Part shown: positions 51,913 through 64,000 of the stretch, in pieces | Layout: each line of letters begins with the position of its first letter | How positions within the stretch are numbered: the first letter of the stretch is position 1 | From: Eledone cirrhosa | Taxonomy: Eukaryota | DNA length: 64,000 nucleotides | Direction of reading: 5' to 3' | Assembly (NCBI GenBank): GCA_964016885.1 | Contig: OZ024742.1 | Location: forward strand, 114,948,001-115,012,000 | Program-made: the position numbers and the translations under genes | The notes under the pieces: generated by a model | What the model saw: only the letters and a program-made list of their open reading frames with translations | Told to the model about the DNA's origin: nothing | The model's database searches: none

Positions 51913-54905
51913 CGGCACGTTACGAATCAAGGAAGCACTTTGGATCAAACGCCTAGGACCACAAATAAATAACTGATCCGAGAGAAGCGAGACGAGACAA
52001 CACCACACATACACACACAGTGGCATTCAAACGATTGTTATTGTGTGTATAGTGCCCCCACCATCCACCGACCAACAAGCCACCAGACATACTACTACAC
52101 TGCCAGCAACAAAGACTGAATATAGGTAGTATAATGGATTCACAGCTAGCACCATCCCACTCCCATAATAAAGAGGAGCTGCCTCGACGTTTACGTCACC
52201 GCACCTATTCCGAGAGCACGCGCGGTCTACCAAATATCTCAGTTACACACGAACGGCGAACAACAGAGGCCACGTACCGTTCTTCCCCGAAAGATAACTT
52301 CCTCCTTCGGAAAACCACCCAGTTGATGGATGCGAAATCCGAAATATAGGGACAATTAAATCTCTCCCAAGGTAACTGTATCTCGTATTATTATTTTTAT
52401 TTTTTACGCGCTTTCCTACGTTCCTTTACACACTATACATTAGGCATATTTCTAAAGTACACTTTTGTTAAAAAAAATGAATGAACATGCCATTTTCAGA
52501 TGAACTTTTTCTAGAAAATACTTTTGAGCATATTAAAAAATATTAGAATTTTAAAAAAACTCTTTCACAGGGTACATTATTAAACATTGATTAACTAATA
52601 TAGAATTCCATATACAATATATGTGTGTATGTAATAAAAATATAGTGTGCAATTTAACAGTTTATAAAATATATTATTCTTCAAATCGTTTAATGGATCA
52701 ACTTTATTGCTTGTTCATTGCTTGCAGTTTAATCTGTTCATAAAATTCATAAAATACATAAATATAATAAATTAAAATTTACGAAGTATATTTATTAATA
52801 TATTCTAATATTTTCAATTATATTATATTAATATTATAAATTTCAGATGTATAAAAATCCAGTTGCTAAAGAGGAAAGTAAAAAGATTTGGGCACAAAAT
52901 ATTTTCATTTTGAGATGAGAAAGAAATCTAGCAAAACTAAGATTCAAAGTTGATTAATCGAATTATGCAAGGTACCTACTGAGCAACAGGTCGTTGATAA
53001 ATGTATCACTCTTGCTGCTGAAGAGAAAAATACCAAAAAAAGAATTAAGATATTTACTGGAGAATGTGAAAGTTTATGGGAAAAGTTCAGCTTTTCAACT
53101 ATCAACAAACTTCCTATACCTCGAAAAATTGAAAAAATAATTTAAAAAAAAGAAAAGACCTGCTCTGCGAATTGCAATAATCTGTTTGACATTACAAAAA
53201 GATATGGGATAGAGTTAGCAGCCGAAGATTTGTCATTTTAGTAAAAGCAAGTTGAGAGTTGTGGAAAGGTTGGGTATACTACAATGAAAATAAACAGTGA
53301 AAAGAAAATCCACCCATCTAAGAGAATTAAAAACAGAAAACAAGAACTAGATCATGATAAGCCATCATGCTCATGCATTACTCTTGACTCAAATGAAAGT
53401 TACAGTGACACCGATACAAATACCAGCGATTACAAACCTTCACCTTCACCAGAAAAAAAACGAAATAAAAAAACACAGCTCTTGCAGTTAACCTAGTGAG
53501 AAATACTAAATTACCTATTAGAAATGCAGCAGCAATTTGCAACGAAGTTAAAAGTGGTGGTATTAAGGTGAGCACCCCGCGTCAGTCGGCAGTGCACAAC
53601 GCAGTTACCAGAGAAGGTGAGAAACTCATGGAAAAGTGGAAAAATAAACTCAAAAGAGAAAAATGGAGCCTTCATTTTGATAGAAAACGAATGAGAGACG
53701 TAGAATATCAGGTTGTAGTGATACAAAATGATGAGAAAGAAATACGCCTGAGGCCGATGGCATTAAGCGATGGAAAGGCTGTTACTATATTTAATGGATT
53801 GAAAAAGTTATTGACAAATGTGAACTGTGGGTATCTATCGTGATGAGAGTCTCCAACACAACTAGTGTCAATATCGGCAAAAATGCAGGAGTTGTTGCCA
53901 TGCTCAACAGTGAGTTCACGCGTCGCGGTTACAGCAAGCCATTATATGTTGGATACCAGCACCACATTTTAGACTGTGCATTGAAAGTTTATTTTGATCA
54001 ACTATATAGTAGCAAAACAACTTCACTATATATCAATTATTACTTTGTTGAGGCCATTATAAAGAACTATGACGAACTGGAGCAGAACTTTTCAAATGGA
54101 ACGACGGACATTAATGAAAGCCCGCCACGCTGGAGAAGTGACATGGATTTCCTTCAGTATCTAATCATAGCCGTGCAACATTTCTTTGAAAACGCTGCGT
54201 TTCCTAAAATAAATGTTGAGAAATTACCTAATTTGCACAATATCCGTTGAACTAGCCGAGCAATTTATTTGTTGGTTGGGTTTATTTTGATGCCTGATGA
54301 ACGAGCAAAGCTGCGTGCTGGTGGCGAATACATCTGCGGAAGTGGGGAAAATGTGGTTCTCAAGTCAACTGTATAGAGCTGACAGCAAGCAGAAAATCAT
54401 TGACCAACTAATTAAAGCCAAGTGTGTAAAGGTGGCAAACCCCGTCAGAAAATGTTGGTCTAATGAAGAATTTCCAATTCTGAGGCAACGCTCGAACATT
54501 TGCGCTGAGCGAGCTGTGCAAGTTGTGATGGACCTTTTGCCATTTTGTAAAAGTAGTAGAATCTTACAGATTAAATTTTGTTTAACTAATAATTAAAATA
54601 AATGTTTTATTGTCATAATTTATTGTTGTAGGTATTTATTTTATGGGACTTGCTAATTACCAAAAAATAAAAAATATAATTTAGTATGTGCAAGAATTCT
54701 TTTCAAAATTTACCAAAAAACTACTGTAATTCTTTCTTTATGACAAAAACCCAATTAGAAAATAGCATGCTCATATGGAGTTGTAAAAAAGTAATTTGCC
54801 TACTATACATTTCATTTTACATTTCCTCTTACATCTCTCACTTCACCACCGGATTCTGTTACCCGGAGATGTACCTATCTGCATTGTTGAAGCTTCCAAA
54901 ACGAC

Positions 54906-54906
<1 letters not shown>
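51913..54906 (+). mobile_element. Solo pLTR of the 45430 family, split by a DNA transposon (51913-52440 and 54803-54906)
   Basis: LRIKEALWIKRLGPQINN start; gaaatatagggacaattaaatctct; resumes caccaccggat...tacccggaga as at 11426-11450. Confidence 0.85.
52441..54802 (+). mobile_element. hAT-superfamily (hATm-like) DNA transposon with pseudogenised transposase (about 52850-54596)
   Basis: 8-bp TSD ctatacat (52433-52440, 54803-54810); termini TAGGCA...TGCCTA; WSLHFD, (D>N)TTSVN.G..AGVV, (C>Y)QHH, SNICAERAV. Confidence 0.88.
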
Positions 54907-54965
<59 letters not shown>

Positions 54966-56899
54966 TACAGGCATACATACATACATCTAAAAAGTTAAAT
55001 ATGTCGGCATACATCATTCAGGGAGGCAATATGTAAAGGATAGAAGCAAAGATTAAGTAAAGTCTTTCAATGATTCACATTATTTTTATTGTACTATTTC
55101 CTTGTTTTAACAGGACTCCCATAACCCGCTAATATAACAGTTAATAATTCATAATTTATATGCTTGGTCTATGAAACATTGCATGTTTAAAGGCCTTGCA
55201 ATGGAATGGTAAATTAATCTTTTCTCTCTTTTTCAAATCTTGGATGTTAGTGCTGCATCAATAAGTAACACATATCAATGTGGAAATCAAACCCCCCCTC
55301 TAGTGATTATTGATTCGGTGATCCTTTCCATTTCTTTAATTTTGGTATCGTTGTTATGGCAGAAGGGAAATCATGATCGGCCTTCCAGCTGATTAAATGG
55401 AAATTGTATTTGACAAATCAGTAGTAAAAATTTAATGAATATATTAAGGATCAACTTCTTGGCTAGTGTGTTAGACAGACGAATGAGCTAAAAGACTTCT
55501 TGATTAATTAGTTATATATGGCAAAAGAAAATGTCAACAATATATATGCTGCTCCAAAGGGAGCTTGAATATAACTGAGTATTTCATACGGTCTTCAGAT
55601 TGCTGATTTCATTAAACATATTGATTTATTCCGCTGACAATGGAAATATATTTGTATCACATACGTACTGAGATGATTGAATCGACATATACCTCAATAT
55701 ATCGATGGTATTATTTCACCTGTGTTGAAAATCAATTCGAAAGTTGTATAAAACTACATTGTACATATTGGTCGTCTCAGAAATTATTTTGCATGAGATA
55801 ATTATTTTCATTTAAATTAATTCAATATAAACATCAGTGGATTGAAGGTTCAATCTTACCCGCCGTATACGTATTATCAACAATGTACATTTTATTTAAC
55901 TTACAATTCTCAAGCTCAATAGGTGAATCTAAATGTCACACAACTTTCAGTAAATTACCATTCTTTAAATTTTATTTCATTGAGCAATTACATGTGTCTC
56001 TGATCTTATTTAAAACCATTTACAGTGTAGTTGAACTCGATTCCGTCTCTTGGTGTTGGCTGATTGAATATCCACCGGTCAAATGCTGGTGTTTATTTAA
56101 TCACTTATTTCTATTTTCTAAAAGGTAGTTGACATTGTGGCAATGATAGTAAATATTTACAATTTGTTTCGTAATTTGTATAGAAGCAGCCTTTTTGTTT
56201 ACCGACAAGTTTTACTTGATGGAAATAATAACATTACATTCATAACATTGACTTACCCACATATATATAATATATTTCTCACATTTACACCAGAGAAACT
56301 CTCCGAATCTGTTTTAGATTCTCAATAATGTACAATACGTCGCATACATACAAGTGTCGTCATACGTATCTCATCTTTGTAGTATCACGAAGTCAGCAAG
56401 AGCTAGATTTGAAATAAAATAGAATAGATAAACATCCTTTATGTAGATATTACAGAACATGAATATAACACATAAATAATTAAGTTGACCAAGAGGTAAC
56501 GTTAGATGTCGTACGAAGATTTTCCCATATATACCTGAAAGCATCTGCCTATCGAACTGAACTATGTGAAAGTGATATGAGCAGCATATTCAAGCTCAAA
56601 AGCTGAATAGAGATTTTATTTTCCAGTTGTTTTGCATCTTCGAATTTGGAAGTGGAAGACACCCCAATTAAAACCATACGGAAATGTGAACACAAATATG
56701 TTTTGTATAGGTTGCAGCTTAGTGCAGAGAAAGGTTGCGTATTTCTCTGTCCTTTTATTATGAATGGATAGAAAAATAAATTCAGAGTTCTGTGAAATAC
56801 TTATGAAAATTTCGAAATTGTTTGATGTAGATGGGTTTGAGATGCCTTAAAAGTACCCCGCCCCACAGGAAGCGTGTCATTCCTCTGCTTTGAAAATCT

Positions 56900-57410
56900 C
56901 AAAAATAACATTGTCAAATGTGTGTAAGCCATTAACATGACGTCATGCCTCCTGCATAAACAACAGTGCCCCAAAGTATATGGGTGTTCTAATAAAAGGC
57001 CTGCGTCATGCCTGCTGGATCAACATTGTCACAGGCCAGTGATAATATTCGAATCTGAGTGTTCTTCATTGAGTCAACACAAACATAAATAATCCTGGAA
57101 ATACGTCGGTATATCAGAGAGGCTGTTTACAAATCGCTCCTTAATCATGAAACGACCTACGGATACCCAAATCAAAGAAACACCAGTAATTTGGCCAATA
57201 AAATATGGCAATTCAAAGACAAGAACATGGATCATCATCAAATGGAAGATACTGAAAAAATCTCGAGATTACATAAATCAACTCAAAGCATACAGACTGT
57301 TTAACGCAAACAAAAAATGGTAGATATTGAAAAATCTCAAAAGTTAACAACCAAACACAACTACAGAGCTTTTGTCGCGATGTTTTTATTTTCTAAGTAC
57401 AATCTGAAGA
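56900..57410 (+). mobile_element. Highly decayed PLE endonuclease fragment
   Basis: CLLDQHC, KYVGISERLF.NR, TSNLANKIWQFKDKN. Confidence 0.55.
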
Positions 57411-59134
57411 ACTGTCCTCCTTCATATTTATTTATGTGTTTCCCAAACAAAACATTCTTAATGTTTGTGCGTGCGTGTGTGTGTGGTGAGGGGGGGGGGG
57501 TTTATTCTAGCCCCTCATAAATATTAGCTAATTAGCGTTTATTGTCATTTTTATTTAGTCCAAAAATACTAGGTTATATACTCCCACTTAACTTTCAGAT
57601 AGCTCTATCCCATTATCACATATGTAGATTTACATAGCAGGTTAGAACGCCTCTGATTCATTATATCATTTATTTTCAGATAGTGGCCCATACACAGTAG
57701 TTTTACTTTGAACATTGAGAGGCCGTGTAAAAGTAGAAAACAGCTTACATTTGTATAATAGTCAACGATGATATGCCAACATTTTTCATAATTTTATTTT
57801 ATTTTGTAATATTTTTCTCAAGAATGCCAAGTAATTGTACACGAACTTAATCAGACAAATTATAAATTATATACAGCAATGGCATAATACACTCGCCAAT
57901 CTAGGAGTGTATGTGTTTTACTGCAAACAATAGACTCTTGATTTTCGTAAGATTAGTCATAACGTCATAACGTGTAAATAAATAATGAAATGCATCATAG
58001 CCTAGATCATTTCGGATTTAATTCAGCTAGTGTATCTAGGACTGCAATACTTATTGTATCCGATTTTGAATACGTTAATTGAGGGAGATATGAATTTTAT
58101 TTCCAGTAGATTCAATTGCCATATAGGAAAACCTTGAGCTGACTGAAATCGCGTGTAGACATTCGTTTGCATGACAAGTGCTTACGCGGGTCTAAATAAC
58201 AAAAATTACAACATCCTCACTACTCTTTTCGACAGAGCAAATTAATTATTGGGAAATACACGATATAATATCTACACTTTATTCAATCCACTAGAAATTG
58301 CAAACAAATGCTCTCATCCTTATCAAACATATTATAATGGAAGGGCATATTGGAGAGTATGCACATAGGTTTACCAAAGCAAATAGGGAGGGGGTTTATA
58401 AATGGAATGTATATATGAATACAGATGTAATGGATTATTGCTGAGCTACATAGATGTATGAGATGGTGCATCCAGAGGATGAAATTTATGATTACATTCC
58501 TATATTTACGAATTGTGTTGATTAGCCCCAAATTTGCAGTTATTTAACAGTGTGATGTAAAACTATTAATGTGTGCCCATCTAAGAAGTTTTATACACTT
58601 TGCACTAAATTGTACAATATTCCATTCATACAATATATTGCACAAACTCCGGAATTATTAAAAGTCACAAATGAGGTTAATACAATGAATTTGGCTATTA
58701 TATTTAAGAGACAGAATGGTAAATTTGACTCGCATTCATTGCTTCATATTGTCCATGGCTTGTGCGCTTCTGAAAATATTTGATGAAGTCAACATATATT
58801 TTAATTTCCGATAAAAAAAGCAATAAAACGTATTATTTAAAAAAATGTGTAATGGGGAAATATGATTACTATTATTAAGTGTATGTCAAATAGGGGTGGC
58901 TAATTAGAATATAAATTAAATAATCAGAGAAAAAAAAAACCTTATCGGTATTTTTTCTGTCTCAATAGTTTTGAGCTCAACCACTATTCGAATCTTATTG
59001 AGATCAAAGTTGTCTTTCATAGTTAGCGGTTCAAGAAAATTATTTGTCAAGCAAGCATTGCTGTTGATATTATCTACTCTTCTCTCCCGCAAAATATGTG
59101 GCATTGTGTCTGAATCAGCTATCATTATAATTAC

Positions 59135-59508
59135 GGTGGATTGGCAGTATCGGTAGAGAGTCGGACGCCATGCTTTCCAGCGTAGTTACGTCCCTTTACG
59201 GTCTGAGTTCAAATCCCGCCGAGGTTAACTTTGCCTTCCATCCTTACGGGGTCGATAAAATAAAGTACCAGTATTGTACTGGGTAATTGCTGGCCTTGTG
59301 CCAAAAGTAGAACCAATTATAATTACGGTGGATTGGCAGTATCAGTAGATGGTCGGACGCCATGTTTTGACGCATAGAGTTACGGCCTTGCCATTCTGAG
59401 TTGAAATCCCACCGAGGTTAACTTTGCCTTTCATCCTTACGGCGTCGATAAAATAAACTACCAGTAATGCACTGGGTAGTTGCTGGCCTTGTGCCAAATG
59501 TAGAAACA
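59135..59508 (+). mobile_element. Two SINEs of different sub-types in tandem, separated and flanked by the same 11-mer
   Basis: attataattac at 59124-59134, 59316-59326 and 59509-59519. Confidence 0.93.
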
Positions 59509-61503
59509 ATTATAATTACACCTGCTGGCAGTTGTGATACACTTGAATACCCTCATGTTTGGGGAGTATGTAAATATAGATACAAATGATGTAAATAAGG
59601 AAGACATACATGTTAAAATGAAAATATAAATATTCAATCAACTGTATTTGCCATTATGTTTTGTCAAACTGAATTTCTGTTTTGATAACAGCGTCGTTAC
59701 AGTAACATTAAGCAGCCACATATTTCCTTCCAATAAGTACATTCTTTTGTATGTGACATCTATGCTATTTTGTCGTAAAATAATGTATATCATCATTTGT
59801 GAAATTCCGACTTTGAATATCTACTAGCCTAAATATATGACTTCTTTTACAGTGTTCTTCTTTTCTGTTTACATTAAAATTATTTTAAGGTATTTTGTAA
59901 AATATTTTAAATGTATTGATGAAACAAAGAAAGTAAATTGGAAAATAAAGAAAATAACAACGATAAAATATCACAAACAAAATTCAACAAATCATTTGGC
60001 TTTCAATGGTATTCTCATAGCAATCTTTATTAATTGATTCCTGTTCAATCTACTCAACATATCGCTTCACTCAGCAACTAGATTCCTTCTAATTACTTCA
60101 ATATAACCACTAGTCACTTTTCATCAGAGAACAAAATGAGGCTCCTTCTGACCGGATACGATTTGTTACTTCTTTTAAAATCACATATCAGTCTATGCGT
60201 ACACTTACATTTCTGTTGTCCTTGAGGAAAATCTTTACATTTCTCTCCTCATCAAAATCAAGGAAGAATCATGGAAGAACTTCCAGGACTACAAGTTCGA
60301 AGCCATGTAGTCAACATTCTTTAACATACAGAAATTGTTTAGATATATATATTTATTAGTATTATTTATACATTGATTAGCATGAGATAATAGGATACAA
60401 AAATGTATATTTGAAATTATTTCCCAACTAATACTCCGAAGTGAGTGTAAGTATGTATATTTTAAGGCAATTAAAACACTAACGTTGATGGTAATACTTT
60501 ACAACAACCATTCAACATAAAAGTAATCATACATAATAAAATTAAGGAGCAGCATGTATGAATCGAATGTACACAAGTAACAAAACATGTTAATGTATAA
60601 CAAGCCGGAATGCGAAAGCACAGTGTAAATGATGAAAGAAGCGTTCCTTGTTACACGCATACTGCAAAGTAACTCAAAAAGGTGAGCATTTAGTCCAATT
60701 CGTGGGAAAAGATATATTGTGAACACTATAAACCTGAGAGACAATTAATATAAAATGTTATAAAAAAACGAAATCCTCAAATAAGATGTTTTATTAAATA
60801 TGTACATAATGTGTGAATACTGCCTGACTACATTACATATAATCCATAACTGCTGGAAGGCATATTTAACAGAAAAATCAAATGAAAATGACATTCCTTA
60901 AATAGAGTAACTTTGGTTTGACACCTCTTACGACCGCGCGTGAATTGCAATAGATGTGCACGATAAAATATGAAATTATCATCTAAAATACCCCTCAAAA
61001 CTTCCGCACAGCATGGCAGCGGTTTCTCACTAAATTAATAAATGGTCCATAAAGAAGAACATTCACTCTCACACGATAACTGGTCCGTTAACATATTGTG
61101 ATGATCTGTCTAGTGAGATACGGGAACAAGCTGCTGGTAAAACCAAAGCAAAACAAAAGCGTGACAGATGGTAACTGAAAGGCCTCATACGTCTGCTTTT
61201 GCCGTTGCTATTTGAGGTGAAAATGTTGACGATCTGGTATAGTTTTGAACGGTCCAATGTAGGTGGAATCAAGTATGTTTGGTACAGAATAATTTCAAAT
61301 GAAATTATGAACAATGAGTTTGCCGTATATAGCTTAGTGTGTCAGATGGAGAGGCAATTGGTGCGATGTTAGACGTGCGTACACATAGTACATACTATTT
61401 AGAACTTACGGTTAATTTTATGTCAAAATCGTGCTAATTTTGTTTGTCAAAAACGAACTGAAGGAGCTGCTGGAGAGGTCAAAAAGCAGATCACTCCCAT
61501 TGC

Positions 61504-62397
61504 TCCCTATGGGGAAATCTCTGACAAACAATCGATCGTAGCCTCTTCGTGGCAGCCCCGTTCCATTATTTATTGAACATTTCGACAGCATGCAGACTCC
61601 GACTAAATATACCATCAACCACACACAATTAGTAGTAAAATTAAACTTAGAAGAAACGCGCACATACCGTAATCATATCTCTACCATGGTTTCTTCCTTA
61701 TGTAGGACATCCAAATAACATGAATTTCCAGAGTTAGGTTTCATCAGGAGATAAACTCAAAATCAGACATTTAGTTTTTCAATCCGATCCCGCCAAATTT
61801 AGATTCAAAAATGGCTAAAAATCGCTATGTAGCTGTGTTCCAGCCAGAGGTAAAGAATGTGATTGGTCGCTTTTGGCGGGTAGGCTTGCTGCTAGAAAGC
61901 GCAGCCATATATCGCCAAATTTAATCTCAACCAATTGGGAAATTATTAAATATAAAGGTTATCATATACATAAAATTAAAGATATATATATGTTGCAACT
62001 GTTCACTTTTAAGCTCTATGAAGAATTAATAAATTAAAATCAAAAAATCAGAGCATTATATCATAATTCATGTCTTTAGAATCATCAGATATTAAAGTAT
62101 ATACTATTTCTTCTTCTAATTAGCATAATTAACCATATACAAAATCAAATCTAGCAAGCTTTAAGAATAAATTTCCCTATGGGGAAATCTCTGACAAACA
62201 ATTGATCGTAGCCTCTTCGCGGCAGCCCCGTTCCATTATTTATCGAACATTTCGACAGCATGCAGACTCCGACTAAATATACCACCAACCACACACAATT
62301 AGTAGTAAAATTAAGCTTAGAAGCAATGCGCACATACCGTAATCATATCTCTACCATGGTTTCTTCCTTATTTAGTACATCCAAATAATATGAATTT

Positions 62398-62400
<3 letters not shown>
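61504..62400 (-). repeat. Direct repeats (about 61504-61730 and 62174-62400), pLTR-like; complete HHR motif at 61676-61753, second copy truncated
   Basis: Minus strand TATCTC-CTGATGA-aaCCT...AGGaa-GAAA-CCATGG-TA-GAGATA. Confidence 0.72.
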
Positions 62401-62495
<95 letters not shown>

Positions 62496-62496
62496 G

Positions 62497-62566
<70 letters not shown>

Positions 62567-62569
62567 GGA

Positions 62570-64000
62570 GGTCAGTTTTATTGTAGTACAATAAAGCAAT
62601 GCAGATATCGGATAAGAAGCACTCTACAGTTTGTAGGACTGGAGTATACATAATATAAGATCAAAAGATGGTTAAAGGAGTTCCATGTATTTTATTATGC
62701 GAATTTCAAAAACAAACATCATCAAGCAATAATATTTGTGTTTTCATCAGATAAAACAGGAGAACATGATATGAAGGCTAAAAAACACTTGTGGATAGTG
62801 CAGTTTTAAATCAACATATGAAAAGTGGTTTTAGATTGATGTGTGATATTGGGAAAAATATTTTATTTAGAGAGGGGGGTGGAAGGGATGAAAAAGGGGA
62901 AGAGATGAGAGGGAGAGATGGGTGATAGAGAGAAAGAAAAAGATAGTTTTTATAACTGAGAGGAGATATATTGTTTTACATAGAGATGTTGAAAACCGTT
63001 GAAAGATAATGTATAAATTAAAAATTTGAAATTAACGAAGGGAGGATATGTGCGAGGAAAGAATATTTTATTTATGGAGGGGGGTGGGGTGGAAAGGATG
63101 AAAAAGAGGGGGAGGAAATGAGAGTGAAGGTGGAGAGGGAGAGATGGGTGATAGAGAGAAAGAGATAGATTTTATAACTGAGAAAAAGATATATTGTTTT
63201 ACATAAATTAAAGGAATTTGAAAATTAACGGAGGGAATTTATGTATGAAGATAGAGAGAAAAAAATAATTATGGATGAATAATCTAACGTCAAAAAAAGT
63301 GTGTGTTGATAAGTATTGTGGCAATTTCAAAATTAACGAAGAGAAAAATTATTAAGGTTTGTGTGTAGAAGGATTTGAGAAAAATAATGTGAAGTTAAAG
63401 TTTCAATATTGAAGGAATTGATAAAGAGTTAATATGTATTAAGAATGAGTTCGTTGATGGGGAGAAAAAATAATAATAAATTAAGGATGAAATTGAGATT
63501 AAAAAGATTTATGATAGAGAGAAAAAATAATGATGATTGCGGATGAATATTCTAACGTCAAAAAAATAAATGTATATGTTATGAAGGATTTTACAAGGTG
63601 AAGATAGAATGAGGGTAATGAGTAAACAAGTATTATAGAGTGTATAATGCCCTTTAAAGTAAGGTGGGGAGATGGGTATATTTTAAAGAGGTGTATTTAT
63701 ATGTGCTTTTGAGAAAAGATTCTAAATTGATAAAGAATTGAATATTAACTGTATACTTTGTGAAAAGTTCTATGGAATTTATGCAGGCAGATAGAAAATA
63801 AATCTGTACGTCTATTTATTATAGAATCTAGGTTAGAGATAATGGTAAATTTTTCATTTAGGCAGAGACTACAGATTTTAGATAGAGAGCTGTTCAAGTA
63901 TGAGGATGCAGAAGAAACCTTCTTCCAAAAGATGGTATATTTAATGTTTTTGTCTTTTAAGGACCATATGAGTTCTGAGAGAGCAGTGTTGGTTCTTTTA
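62570..64000 (-). mobile_element. 3' end of a PLE (endonuclease C-terminus 63745-63999, long 3' UTR, pLTR); continues beyond the window
   Basis: Minus strand KRTNTALSELIWSLKDKNIKYTIFWKK..Y..ICSLCLNEK..INRRTDLFSICLH..*; absent from the ORF track because it has no start codon. Confidence 0.85.
62688..62758 (-). ncRNA. Type I HHR in a PLE 3' pLTR
   Basis: tgttttat-CTGATGA-aaacacaaatatta..tgatgtttgttttt-GAAA-TTCGCA-TA-ataaaata. Confidence 0.7.

Noticed and set aside
55000-61400. Possible host exons (e.g. 58916-59125, 60200-60320, 61070-61340)
   Set aside because: Short frames with stops, no recognisable domain and no consistent splice chain; RNA-seq would be needed

Overview
AT-rich, repeat-dominated animal DNA with no host gene I can support. 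(TA)n tracts, a tRNA-headed SINE with a GCCTTTCATCC..GGTCGATAAA core and many Penelope-like elements (PLEs) suggest an octopod/cephalopod genome; this is an inference. Main result: the 316-318 bp tandem 'satellite' at 1-8620 (27 units, open at the left edge) carries one type I hammerhead ribozyme (HHR) motif per unit on the + strand. Its core reads UUGAUAA, the compensatory U3-A8 form of CUGANGA, followed by stem II GCUU/AAGC, GAAA, a near-palindromic stem III and a GUC cleavage site, all on a long stem I. This is the architecture of a non-LTR retrozyme / ribozyme satellite predicted to yield ~317-nt self-cleaved, possibly circular, RNAs. The rest of the window holds about ten PLE fragments of several lineages (RT + C-terminal GIY-YIG) and about 20 further HHR or HHR-remnant motifs in pseudo-LTRs and short non-coding repeats. 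It also holds a second ~434-bp terminally redundant HHR repeat family, SINEs inserted at ATTAT sites, a hAT-type DNA transposon with an 8-bp TSD, a probable non-autonomous Helitron, RTE fragments and several fold-back elements. All RNA structures were paired by eye and no ribozyme activity is demonstrated.
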